A DNA stretch of 64,000 nt from an uncultured Candidatus Saccharibacteria bacterium (GCA_964437185.1 CAYTFU010000005.1:2528-66527), one strand, 5' to 3'; numbered from the stretch's first letter, positions 19,569-28,679 are shown. Numbers and translations are program-made. Notes: generated by a model not told the origin, from the sequence alone.

Positions 19569-20384
19569 CTAGGGCCCGGTGGACGTTTCCGCTTTTTTTA
19601 CGAGCACGCGGGCCGATACGAAACTTGATGGCTCGGCAGCGCGCGAGACGGCAGTACTCAGACCGCGCAAATTTCCATCGGTATCAAAAAGCGGCGATCC
19701 CGGAAGAATTGAGCCTTCTGCAATGTCCGTCTCGATAATCTGCGGCGCCGATTCGTCTACCCCCGGCACGAGCGCGGTTACAATTCCTGCGGCGATACGC
19801 GCGACAGACCTTCCGGCAACAGCGATCAAGCTTTCGCCGAGCATCGGATCTTTCGGCGAGAGCGTGACGGGTTTCCACGTCACTGGCTTTCCGTCTGCGG
19901 TTGTCGTTGCTGTCGTGAAGTAAGAGAGACCGTAGACAGCATCCTTTGAAGAAATAAATCCTCGTACGCGCGTATTGTCATTACGCTCCACCATCGTGCT
20001 CACAGAATCTCCGATATCAGCACCGCTCACGATCATTCCTGTACCATCGGAAACTACGCCAAGGCCAAGGAATTGCGGATTTTCGACGTCGCTCGTATAC
20101 AAACGAACCACCGAGGGCTCGATCCGGCTCACCATCTCGGATATGAGCGTCGACTCCTTTACTACAACGGTTTTCTCCTGCGTGATCACCGTGGCCGCGG
20201 ATTGCCCTGCTGGTACCACCTTTTCTACCGTACGCTCAATGATTCTATTAACCGTTTGCGCTATCGCAGGAGGCGCCTGATCCATGAGCGAGACGGTGAC
20301 GATGCCTGTCGCAATCGATGTTACAAAAGAGACGAGGAGCGTGAGGAGAACTATCTGAGATTTGGAGAGTTGCTCTATATCCAT
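19569..20384 (-). CDS. trypsin-like serine protease (S1 family), membrane-anchored
   Basis: N-terminal TM helix, TDIAEGSILPGSPLFDTDGNLRGL resembling the GxSGxP catalytic-Ser region. Confidence 0.6.
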   Translation of the reverse strand: MDIEQLSKSQIVLLTLLVSFVTSIATGIVTVSLMDQAPPAIAQTVNRIIERTVEKVVPAGQSAATVITQEKTVVVKESTLISEMVSRIEPSVVRLYTSDVENPQFLGLGVVSDGTGMIVSGADIGDSVSTMVERNDNTRVRGFISSKDAVYGLSYFTTATTTADGKPVTWKPVTLSPKDPMLGESLIAVAGRSVARIAAGIVTALVPGVDESAPQIIETDIAEGSILPGSPLFDTDGNLRGLSTAVSRAAEPSSFVSARVLVKKAETSTGP

Positions 20385-20413
20385 AGACGCATCGTATCAC
20401 AACCAAGAAAAAA

Positions 20414-21652
20414 TCAACGGGGAAAAAGCTGCTTGAGCGCGCTGAGAGCTCGCGCGAGATCTCTCTTGGTAGTAGAGCGGCCGAGGGAGAATCGGATGGT
20501 GTTGGTGGCGCGCCACTCCTCCCCTCCGAGCGAAGCGAGTGCAGCTACGACGTGTGATTTTGCCTCCCCCGACCTGCATGCGCTCTTTGTGGAAACGGAG
20601 ATTCCTGCGTGATCGAGCTGCAATACAAGGTATTCGCCCGTGCGCTCACCGGGAATAGAAATGTTGAGCATGTGGGGCAGCGCATGTCTTACATCCCCAT
20701 TCATGTACATACCTGGTATGTACATGGCTAGGTTGCGGACGAAATGATCGCGGAGATCGCGGAGGCGTTTGGTCTCTTCAACACGCTCACGCCTGAGTAC
20801 TTCGAGCGCCTTGGCGCATCCGACGGCTGCCGCCACCTTCTCTGTCCCCGCCCGAAGGCCTTTTTCTTGTCCACCTCCTACTATCATTGGCGCGATCGAC
20901 AATGGATCGCGCACGAAGAGCGCACCCGACGTACGCGGACCATACAATTTCCCCGCGCCGAGAGACAGCATGTTGACGCCGAGCGTATGCACCTGTGGCG
21001 AGAGATAGAGCGGTGCCTGTCCTGCGTCGCTGTGAAAAATTATCCGCTTCCCGTTGGCCGCGCCTCCGGGATGGGAGTGTTCAAATGCTCGAATCGCGCT
21101 CGCAATTTTTGAAAGCGGCGCCACCGTTCCGATCTCGTTGTTCGCCCACCCTACGGAAACGAACACGGTGTCCGCTCGAAGTGCGTTTGCAATAGATTCC
21201 GGTGTCACGATGCCGCCTTTATTTGGATCGACAAACGTCACCCTTCCGCCCAATCGTTCGATCTCTCCAAAACACTCCAGCACCGAATCGTGCTCTATAG
21301 AGCTCGTGATCCAATGCGTGCCGCTAAGAGAAACACCCGCAAGCGTGAGCTTGCGCCCATACCCAAGAATTGCAAGATTATTGCTCTCGGTAAGACCCGA
21401 AGTGAAAATGATTTGACGGGCCTTGCAGCCAAGCTCTGCGGCGACGCGATCGCGAGCCCTCTCCAAAACACGCGCCGCTGCCACACCCTCCGCATGTATG
21501 GAACCAGGATTACCGATGAGCGCCTCTGCCGCATGCATCTCTCTCAGAACCGAAGGAAGCAGTGGGGTCGCGCTCGCAAAATCGAGATAAATGCGCGACG
21601 CCTTAGATAGAGCCCTTCGCTTAACGGATCGTTTCGCAGTCATGTGTGCCAT
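20414..21652 (-). CDS. cysteine desulfurase (class V aminotransferase, IscS/NifS-like)
   Basis: YLDFASATP N-terminal block, SGHK-like PLP region (SLGAGKLYGPRTSGALF), SACRSGE active-site Cys loop. Confidence 0.85.
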   Translation of the reverse strand: MAHMTAKRSVKRRALSKASRIYLDFASATPLLPSVLREMHAAEALIGNPGSIHAEGVAAARVLERARDRVAAELGCKARQIIFTSGLTESNNLAILGYGRKLTLAGVSLSGTHWITSSIEHDSVLECFGEIERLGGRVTFVDPNKGGIVTPESIANALRADTVFVSVGWANNEIGTVAPLSKIASAIRAFEHSHPGGAANGKRIIFHSDAGQAPLYLSPQVHTLGVNMLSLGAGKLYGPRTSGALFVRDPLSIAPMIVGGGQEKGLRAGTEKVAAAVGCAKALEVLRRERVEETKRLRDLRDHFVRNLAMYIPGMYMNGDVRHALPHMLNISIPGERTGEYLVLQLDHAGISVSTKSACRSGEAKSHVVAALASLGGEEWRATNTIRFSLGRSTTKRDLARALSALKQLFPR

Positions 21653-21743
21653 TCTGCACTCACGAAGATTCTTTTACAAATCTCTATTTTAGTTGTACAC
21701 TTGCGCTTTCGCTTCGGCCCTCGCGCACCTATGACCCTTCAGT

Positions 21744-23249
21744 ATGAAAAACACAGCCACACACACGATCGAGCGACCTCCCATTGTGGCGGTTTTGGGG
21801 CACGTCGACCACGGTAAATCAACGCTACTCGATTTTATCCGCAAGTCCAACACCGTCGCCAAAGAATCTGGCGGCATCACGCAACACGTGGCGGCGTACG
21901 AAGTTGTGCGAGAGAAGGGCGGTACAGAGAAGCGCATTACATTCATCGACACACCCGGACACGCTGCGTTTGGCGCCATCCGCGAGCGAGGCGCGACTGC
22001 CGCCGATATCGCCATTCTCGTCGTCGCTGCCGACGACGGGGTAAAGGCGCAAACGCTTGAAGCACTTCAGAGCATTCGCGATGCCAAGACGCCATTCATT
22101 GTCGCGATCAACAAAATTGACAAACCCAACGCTGATCGAGAGAAAACGATTCGCACGCTTCTCGATCAGGATGTGTTCCTCGAAAAATATGGAGGCGACG
22201 TGCCGTGGGCTGCGATATCTGCAAAAACTGGCGAGGGCGTGGAGGAGCTTCTCGATTTAATTTTGCTCGTCGCAGAAATCGAGACGTTTACGGGAGATGA
22301 ATCAGCACGCGCGAAGGGTTACGTAATTGAAGCGCACCGAGACCAGAAACGCGGGCTCGCCGCAACACTCATCATTACCGACGGAGTGCTCCGCAGCGGC
22401 ATGGCGGTACTCGCGGGCTCCGCGCTCGCGCCCGTCCGCCTCATGGAAAACCATGCGGGCAAGGCTATTTCAGAGGCGAGTTTCTCAAGCCCGGTGCAGT
22501 TAATCGGGTTTGACGCCTTGCCCGAGGTGGGCGCAGAGTTTCACTCATTCAATAATAAGAAAGAGGCCGAGCTCGCGCGACCTGCTCCGCGCGCGGCTGC
22601 GCAGCGTGCGACACTTCCCCCATCCGAGGGCGAAACGGGCCCCTTCCTGCTGCCCGCCATTATTCGCGCTGATGCATCTGGATCTCTCGAAGCGATTGCA
22701 CACGAGGTTGCAAAAGTTGGCGATGAGTACGCGCGTATTTCGATCGTTCAGTCCGGCATTGGCGCGATATCGGAAAACGACGTAAAGGCTGCGATCGCGA
22801 GCGACACTCCTGCGGTCGTTGTCGGCTTCCACGTCTCAACAGACCCAATCGCCTCCGCACTTGCGCTCCAGCACGGCATTCAAATCTCTACTTTTAATAT
22901 TATCTATAAGCTTACTGAGTACCTGGAAGAACGCCTTGCCGCGCAGGCACCGAAAAGAGCGGTCGAGGATGTCACAGGCCGCGCGCGCGTACTCAAATAC
23001 TTTTCAAGCCGAAAGGACGAGCACGTCCTCGGAGGTAAGGTACTTGACGGTTATCTCGCAAAAGGTGGATCGGTCCGCGTCGTGCGGCGCGATACCACGG
23101 TCGGCGTGGGCAAAATTCGGAACATCCAGTCCAATAAAGAAGACGTGAGCCGAATCGAGGTCGACCGAGAGTTTGGCGCGCAGATCGTCGCGGATTTTGA
23201 AATCATGCAAGGTGACGTACTCCAGGGTTTTACGACATCAATGAAATAG
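21744..23249 (+). CDS. infB: translation initiation factor IF-2 (short form lacking N-terminal extension)
   Basis: VLGHVDHGKSTLLD G1, DTPGH G3, NKIDK G4, IF-2 C-terminal beta-barrels. Confidence 0.9.
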   Translation: MKNTATHTIERPPIVAVLGHVDHGKSTLLDFIRKSNTVAKESGGITQHVAAYEVVREKGGTEKRITFIDTPGHAAFGAIRERGATAADIAILVVAADDGVKAQTLEALQSIRDAKTPFIVAINKIDKPNADREKTIRTLLDQDVFLEKYGGDVPWAAISAKTGEGVEELLDLILLVAEIETFTGDESARAKGYVIEAHRDQKRGLAATLIITDGVLRSGMAVLAGSALAPVRLMENHAGKAISEASFSSPVQLIGFDALPEVGAEFHSFNNKKEAELARPAPRAAAQRATLPPSEGETGPFLLPAIIRADASGSLEAIAHEVAKVGDEYARISIVQSGIGAISENDVKAAIASDTPAVVVGFHVSTDPIASALALQHGIQISTFNIIYKLTEYLEERLAAQAPKRAVEDVTGRARVLKYFSSRKDEHVLGGKVLDGYLAKGGSVRVVRRDTTVGVGKIRNIQSNKEDVSRIEVDREFGAQIVADFEIMQGDVLQGFTTSMK

Positions 23250-23255
23250 ATTTGT

Positions 23256-23579
23256 ATGTCCGATCACCGAAAGACCAAAGTCGAGGAGTCGATCGCTCAC
23301 ATGGCGATGGATTTTTTTGCGCGCGAATCGGCGGTGAAGGCCCTCATCACCGTGACGCACGCGCAGGTAGGGCAGACGTTTAAGAACGTGACTGTATATT
23401 TCACAGTTCTCCCCGTATCGATGGAGGCACAAGCTTTAAAGTTTGCAAAGCGAAGCCGCACCGACTTCAGAGCGTATGTAAAAAAGAATTCTTACCTCCA
23501 TCCAATTCCGGTCGTTGACTTCGCAATTGATCTCGGTGAAAAAAACCGCCAGCGCATCGATGAGCTCACACGTTCGTAA
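23256..23579 (+). CDS. rbfA: ribosome-binding factor A
   Basis: 107 aa KH-like RbfA pattern, immediately downstream of infB as usual. Confidence 0.75.
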   Translation: MSDHRKTKVEESIAHMAMDFFARESAVKALITVTHAQVGQTFKNVTVYFTVLPVSMEAQALKFAKRSRTDFRAYVKKNSYLHPIPVVDFAIDLGEKNRQRIDELTRS

Positions 23580-23585
23580 CCTCTG

Positions 23586-23657
23586 AGGCCTGGGCGAGAC
23601 TCGAACTCGCGCATAAGAGTTTTGCAGACTCCCGTGTTACCCCTTCACCACCAGGCC
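23586..23657 (-). tRNA. tRNA-Cys(GCA)
   Basis: manual cloverleaf: acceptor GGCCTGG/CCAGGCC, anticodon stem GGAGT/ACTCT, loop CTGCAAA, T-loop TTCGAGT. Confidence 0.85.
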
Positions 23658-23707
23658 AACAATAAACTGACGCGTGTACTGTAACATACAAAAATTATGG
23701 GATACAG

Positions 23708-24253
23708 ATGTGCACAGCTTACATCGTGCGTATACCCTTCTGTTACAATCTATTAATGCGAAAGCGAAGCTGGTCTCTGCAACAGCTAAAGAAGGCCGCA
23801 GAACAGTCGCATAGTATTCGTCAGGTTCTTATCAATTTGAAGCTTGTGCCGGCGGGAGGAAACTACGTACAAATAAAGCGAGAGCTAGAGATTCAAGAAA
23901 TCGATACGCTGCATTTTCGGGGAAAAACCTGGAATCGCGGACTCAAAACACCTAGACCACCTCTCATAGCTACTGCTGACATACTAGTGAAAAAAAGCGG
24001 CTACCAGAGTTTTAAATTAAAGAAGCGTCTCTTTGCCGAGGGTTTGAAAAAAGCCCAATGCGAAATCTGCGGTTGGGCGGAACGATCAATCGACGGTCGT
24101 CTTCCCCTTGAACTCGATCACGTAAACGGCGATCGCTACGACAATCGAATCGAAAACTTACGAATACTTTGTCCCAACTGCCATAGCCTTCAACCCACAC
24201 ATCGTGGTAGAAATAAGGGACGTCGGGGTGGCGTAATTGGTAGCCGCATTTGA
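23708..24253 (+). CDS. HNH endonuclease
   Basis: CEICGW...LELDHVNGDRYDNRIENLRILCPNCH HNH/zinc motif; alternative start ATG 23756; lower GC than surroundings; 3' end overlaps tRNA-Leu by about 30 nt. Confidence 0.7.
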   Translation: MCTAYIVRIPFCYNLLMRKRSWSLQQLKKAAEQSHSIRQVLINLKLVPAGGNYVQIKRELEIQEIDTLHFRGKTWNRGLKTPRPPLIATADILVKKSGYQSFKLKKRLFAEGLKKAQCEICGWAERSIDGRLPLELDHVNGDRYDNRIENLRILCPNCHSLQPTHRGRNKGRRGGVIGSRI

Positions 24254-24305
24254 CTTAAGATCAAATGCTCGAAAGAGCGTGTGGGTTCGAGTCCCACCCC
24301 CGGCA
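24222..24305 (+). tRNA. tRNA-Leu(TAA)
   Basis: manual cloverleaf: acceptor GTCGGGG/CCCCGGC (one GU), anticodon stem TTTGA/TCAAA, loop CTTAAGA, long variable arm, T-loop TTCGAGT; 84 nt. Confidence 0.85.
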
Positions 24306-24307
24306 CA

Positions 24308-24485
24308 GACTGAGCGGAGCGAGTGCTGTGCTGGGGAGCACAGCGCCTGCGCGCTGTGCGTGTGGGACTCGAAAGGCGCAGGCATGTCGCACGAGTACGT
24401 GCGACGCCGAGCCGGGGTCGCGGAAATTCAATCGTGTCGACGATTGAATTATTCGTGACCGAGTTTACCCCCCACCCCCGGCACA
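24308..24485. repeat. hairpin-rich GC-rich insert ending in a 15-bp duplicate (cccacccccggcaca, 24471..24485) of the tRNA-Leu(TAA) 3' end
   Basis: perfect hairpins gtcgcacg/cgtgcgac and aattcaatcg/cgattgaatt; duplicate of 24293..24307. Confidence 0.6.
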
Positions 24486-24598
24486 TTTTTGTGTTTCAAA
24501 ACTTGAGAATTTGTGTACAATCTCACTACCGCCTATATATTCATATAGACGGGTCAGTCGGAGAACATGAAAGCTCGCTTTCATGTTTCCCCTCCTTA

Positions 24599-24671
24599 CC
24601 GCCTATAGCTCAGCTGGTAGAGCAACTGCCTCTTAAGCAGTGGGTCCCAGGTTCGATCCCTGGTGGGCGGA
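24599..24671 (+). tRNA. tRNA-Lys(CTT)
   Basis: D-arm TAGCTCAGCTGGTAGAGC, anticodon loop CTCTTAA, T-loop TTCGATC, acceptor CCGCCTA/TGGGCGG; the 5' boundary (C1) is uncertain by 1-2 nt. Confidence 0.75.
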
Positions 24672-24702
24672 AAAATGTTTTGAGTGTTAGGATACCGGGG
24701 AA

Positions 24703-24784
24703 GGGCAGATGGCGAAATTGGTAGACGCACCAGCCTTAGGAGCTGGCCCCGCAAGGGATGGGAGTTCGAGTCTCCCTCTGCCCA
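24703..24784 (+). tRNA. tRNA-Leu(TAG)
   Basis: acceptor GGGCAGA/TCTGCCC, anticodon stem CCAGC/GCTGG, loop CTTAGGA, long variable arm, T-loop TTCGAGT; 82 nt. Confidence 0.85.
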
Positions 24785-24861
24785 CGAGTGAAGCGAGTGG
24801 AGACAAGTCCCTGCGAAGCAGAGGGGCTCTGCCCACAGGCAAAAGCGCGAAGAATTCGAAT

Positions 24862-25146
24862 CTATCGAACGATGTTTTTTTCAACGCTCTTGTTACCCGA
24901 GCCAAGATTAAACGTGCTGTCGATGATTCGAATAATGCCCCACGAGGAAACCATGATCGTCATGCCGATGACGCCCCAGAGCATATGCTCCTTACCTTTT
25001 TCATCCACCTTGCCCGTGCGCATTCCCCACATCATCTCTACCAGTCCGTACATGAAGACGAGCAGACCAATACCGAACAGGAGCGCAAGCGTGGGATTGA
25101 TGATGAGTGTCGTGATGCGACCCATTATTTCTCCAATTGTGTTCAT
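24862..25146 (-). CDS. pilin-like small membrane protein (VirB2/TrbC-like), paralog 1
   Basis: 94 aa, two hydrophobic helices separated by a charged loop (RTGKVDEKGKEH). Confidence 0.5.
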   Translation of the reverse strand: MNTIGEIMGRITTLIINPTLALLFGIGLLVFMYGLVEMMWGMRTGKVDEKGKEHMLWGVIGMTIMVSSWGIIRIIDSTFNLGSGNKSVEKNIVR

Positions 25147-25206
25147 ACTAAATTCACCTCGTAAAGAGTTACCGATCCCAAGAGCGAACGATCACCGATG
25201 TAAAAA

Positions 25207-25581
25207 CTAAAAGTTGGTCAACTGAATACCCTGCGGCACCTGTGCTGCCCCACCGCCAACAGAGAAGGTCGTCTGAAGCAAGCGTACGAGACCCCAAACC
25301 GAAACCATAACGAAGATTGTGACGACGCCGTAAAACATCACCTTGAGACCCTCTGATTTTCCCTCTGCGCCACCCTGAAAGAGATATTTTACTAAGCCCC
25401 AGAAGAAAACCACTACCGCGAGCGTTACGGCGACCCCGATGAGCCCATTTAGAAATCTGCTGATGAGCTGCAACACGCCAAACAGTCCTCCAACGGTCTG
25501 GGTGGGCGTTTGGGCCATGGTAATGAGCGGCAGTGCAGCCACAGAAAGCGCGGGGATCAGAGTGTTTATAAATTTACGCAT
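25207..25581 (-). CDS. pilin-like small membrane protein (VirB2/TrbC-like), paralog 2
   Basis: signal peptide ending ITMAQTPTQT, two TM helices with charged loop GGAEGKSEGLK. Confidence 0.55.
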   Translation of the reverse strand: MRKFINTLIPALSVAALPLITMAQTPTQTVGGLFGVLQLISRFLNGLIGVAVTLAVVVFFWGLVKYLFQGGAEGKSEGLKVMFYGVVTIFVMVSVWGLVRLLQTTFSVGGGAAQVPQGIQLTNF

Positions 25582-25689
25582 AGATTATTTAGCAGTTACT
25601 GCTCCTAATAGGTAGCTCAATCGTATCTTTGGGGGGCGAAAACACAATGCTTTTTCCCTATGAAATGTGGATAACCCCTAGGTCAGTTG

Positions 25690-26118
25690 CTATGCATGCT
25701 CCTCCGGTGAGGGGGGTTTGGCGGACGCTCCCGATTGAGCAACAACCACCACCCCTACCCCGATCGCAATAAGTACGGCGAGAACAGAGAGCACATACCG
25801 AGCCGATTCCGCGTTGTTCTGAATAAACTGGACGATGGTGAGAAGCACCACAAGCACAAAAAGTATGACCACTGCCCACTCCATTACCTTGATTGCGACT
25901 GTGCGATACGAAGGCCAACTCCCAAGGCGGCACGCCCACTGAATTAATCCAACCGCATACGTAACGATTGCGGTCGTCAGCATAAGTCCGACGAAGATAT
26001 TAAAGATGCCTACCGCTTTAGAGAGAATCTCCGCGTGCGCTGGAAATGGCACGGCGAGCGCAAGTAAGAGAAGACCGGCGCAATGTGTCGACACATTTTT
26101 CAGATACGATACCAACAT
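25690..26118 (-). CDS. pilin-like membrane protein, longer paralog (extra C-terminal helix)
   Basis: signal peptide (AVPFPAHAEI), then three hydrophobic helices; start placed at MLVSYLK to avoid overlap. Confidence 0.45.
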   Translation of the reverse strand: MLVSYLKNVSTHCAGLLLLALAVPFPAHAEILSKAVGIFNIFVGLMLTTAIVTYAVGLIQWACRLGSWPSYRTVAIKVMEWAVVILFVLVVLLTIVQFIQNNAESARYVLSVLAVLIAIGVGVVVVAQSGASAKPPSPEEHA

Positions 26119-26119
26119 A

Positions 26120-26446
26120 CTAGAGAGGTGTTGCGGCTCCGCCACCCGGGAAAAATGTGGCTTGAATCAGACCCACTATCCCCCAGAGAGAAACCATGAC
26201 GAACAAAATGATAATTCCCCAAAAGAAAAGATTTTTCATATTCTCGCGTCCGCTCTCAGACGACTTAGACATGTTGAGGACAAAAAGAAACATGTAGGTG
26301 GTAAGTGCCGCAAGGGTCAGCATCTCGATAGCCACCTTGATGATGTTGAGTAGAAGCTGCACGAGCTGCGCGTACGTTTGCGGGGCAGCGAGCGCCACGC
26401 CGGGGACGAGCGCGAGCAGAGCGAGAAGTGCGGCGGGCTTCCGCAT
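26120..26446 (-). CDS. pilin-like small membrane protein (VirB2/TrbC-like), paralog 4
   Basis: signal peptide ending VALAAPQTYAQ, two TM helices, charged loop SKSSESGRENMK. Confidence 0.55.
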   Translation of the reverse strand: MRKPAALLALLALVPGVALAAPQTYAQLVQLLLNIIKVAIEMLTLAALTTYMFLFVLNMSKSSESGRENMKNLFFWGIIILFVMVSLWGIVGLIQATFFPGGGAATPL

Positions 26447-26447
26447 A

Positions 26448-26810
26448 CTAAGTTCCGAGCACGGCGCTTACGGTGCCCCCGATCATTTGCGCAAGTACCC
26501 ACGCCCCGAGGATAAGGAGTGCTCCGAGGATTACGTAGAGAAAATTCTTTTTTGCAGTTTCAAGTTGGCCAGGACGACCTCGCGCGAGCACAAACATAAA
26601 TCCCGAAATTACCACAAAGAGAGATATGATCGGCAGAGCGATAATAACAACGATCTTCAACACACCAGCAATAAACCCCGGAATAGTACTGAATTGTGCG
26701 CTCAGCGGATTTTTGATCACGAAGTCCTGTGCTGCTATGACCATGGCGGCCGGGAAAAAAAGCAACATGCCTCCCAATATCCCTAGGTATTTTGCTAATT
26801 GCCGTTTCAT
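26448..26810 (-). CDS. pilin-like small membrane protein (VirB2/TrbC-like), paralog 5
   Basis: signal peptide ending AMVIAAQDF, two TM helices, charged loop ARGRPGQLETAKK. Confidence 0.55.
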   Translation of the reverse strand: MKRQLAKYLGILGGMLLFFPAAMVIAAQDFVIKNPLSAQFSTIPGFIAGVLKIVVIIALPIISLFVVISGFMFVLARGRPGQLETAKKNFLYVILGALLILGAWVLAQMIGGTVSAVLGT

Positions 26811-28105
26811 ATGGCAAGAATTTGTGTGAGCTCAAGGTCGGCGCGCTGGACCGCTTCATTAATGAGGACAGCCCCACTCGTCGTGTTTTCAATCATAGCT
26901 CGAAATATCTCGGCTGTCGCCTCGGGGTCGGGATCTGTCCACGAGCGCGCGATGATTGTTTGTTTATTGAAAATATCTGCATTTCCGGTGCCCGGCGTGC
27001 TGAGGAGCTCGCGCCGCGCGCTCGTCATGCCAAGCCCTTGCGCAAGCGGCCCCGCAAAATCAGCGCCTGCGAGGAGCGTTGCGGCGGTCACTGCCCCTTG
27101 AAGATTGGTGCTCGTACGCGAAACAGCGATACCGTACACGCGCGCCGTATTTAACGAGGTAGAGTTCGAGCGTATCTGCGGAAGAGGAGCGACGCCATAA
27201 TTTAAATTCGCATTCGTGCGCCGTATGGCCGATTCTTCACTCGCATACCCTATGTACAGCGCCACGTCGCCGCCAGCAAACGCACGCTGCGATTCCAAGA
27301 GCGAACGATTCCACGTGTAAATTTCCTTAGACGGATTTGCAAACTCGGTGTAAAAGCGGAGTGCGGACACTGCGGCCTGACTTTCCGACCCGCTCTGCGG
27401 AGCAAGCGCCGCCCTGAGCGCACGCTGCTCGTCGAAAGCGGTAATGCGCCCCCCTGCCTGAAGAATCAAAGTCGCGAGAATTTCTTTTGCATTTGTGACA
27501 TTGCGATATTCCCCCATCGCAATAGCAGATCGTTTGATCGTACCAGTCTCGTCCTTGACGGTAATCTTCTGCGCCATACCTATGAGCTCGTCCCAAAAAC
27601 TCGGCGGCTTTGCGTATCCCGCGGTAGCGAGCATGTCTTTGTTCCAGTACAAAACGAGTGGATCTACGAGGATCGGTATCCCCGCAATGCCCTTGTCGTT
27701 CGTAAAGGGAGATACTACATCCACAAACGTACTCTCGAATTTAGACAGAGGGTGCGTCTCTGGCGGAAGCACGTAGATTTTTCCGAGGTTACGGAAAACC
27801 TGATTTTCTCGAAGAATAAACAGATCTGGGCCTTCGCCGTTTGCGAGCGCATTGGTGAGGGCTTTTTCATATGTTGCTGGATCTTTTTTTTCATACACGA
27901 CTCCCGAAAGCGGACCCCCATTCTCCAAGCTTTTGGTAAGCACTTCGCCAAATGCCGCGTCATCGATAGTGCCCCATATTCGCACGGTACCGAGCGACCC
28001 TCCCTCATCTTTCCCCACGAACATTGCAAAAACCATCACCCCCGCGACTGCAAATGCCCCAAAGACCGCGAGGAGCACGACCCGAAACATTGAGGGCGAT
28101 TTCAT
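26807..28105 (-). CDS. extracellular solute-binding protein-like (family 1 SBP fold), N-terminal membrane anchor
   Basis: TM anchor then SBP-like blocks (GEGPDLFIL, IPILVDPLVLYWNKDML, PPSFWDEL); no permease or ATPase adjacent. Confidence 0.55.
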   Translation of the reverse strand: MKSPSMFRVVLLAVFGAFAVAGVMVFAMFVGKDEGGSLGTVRIWGTIDDAAFGEVLTKSLENGGPLSGVVYEKKDPATYEKALTNALANGEGPDLFILRENQVFRNLGKIYVLPPETHPLSKFESTFVDVVSPFTNDKGIAGIPILVDPLVLYWNKDMLATAGYAKPPSFWDELIGMAQKITVKDETGTIKRSAIAMGEYRNVTNAKEILATLILQAGGRITAFDEQRALRAALAPQSGSESQAAVSALRFYTEFANPSKEIYTWNRSLLESQRAFAGGDVALYIGYASEESAIRRTNANLNYGVAPLPQIRSNSTSLNTARVYGIAVSRTSTNLQGAVTAATLLAGADFAGPLAQGLGMTSARRELLSTPGTGNADIFNKQTIIARSWTDPDPEATAEIFRAMIENTTSGAVLINEAVQRADLELTQILAI

Positions 28106-28106
28106 A

Positions 28107-28679
28107 TTATTTTTTTGCGGGTGAGAAAACGATCCCGTAGTGGTGCGCCCCTGCCGCAAAATCACGAACAAGTGTAAAGCCCGAATCGCGCGCGAGGGTC
28201 TCCGCATTCTCCCTCGTCACCACATCCTCCCCCTGCGGGCCGAGGCCTCCGAAGGAATCGCTCCAATCAATAACGATGAGCGAGCCCTCGGGCCGAAGGA
28301 TGCGCGAAGCCTCTTCAAAAAGCGCTTTTTTATTTTGCACCTGAAAAAGAAGGTTTGATATGAGTACGGTGTCGACGCTTCCATCGGCGAGCTTGGACGC
28401 CCCGGGACGCTCGAGATCCGCCCAAATAACTTCGACGTTTTTAAAACCTCTCCGGTTCGCTTCATTTTTTAGACGGCGCAAAAGATCACGCTGAATGTCG
28501 ATTGCGAAAACATGGCCTTTGTGGTTCAACTCCTCAGCAATATGAAGGACATAGATGCCGCTCCCCGAGCCGAAATCGACGACGGTCATTCCCGGCTGTA
28601 CGCCCAGCGCTTCCACGTTGCGTTTCGGATGCGCAAAACCCGCCGTTGGTAACGGAGTGCCAGTCAACATTGTGCACAT
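28107..28679 (-). CDS. class I SAM-dependent methyltransferase
   Basis: VVDFGSGSGIY motif I, acidic motif II (FAIDIQRD). Confidence 0.8.
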   Translation of the reverse strand: MCTMLTGTPLPTAGFAHPKRNVEALGVQPGMTVVDFGSGSGIYVLHIAEELNHKGHVFAIDIQRDLLRRLKNEANRRGFKNVEVIWADLERPGASKLADGSVDTVLISNLLFQVQNKKALFEEASRILRPEGSLIVIDWSDSFGGLGPQGEDVVTRENAETLARDSGFTLVRDFAAGAHHYGIVFSPAKK

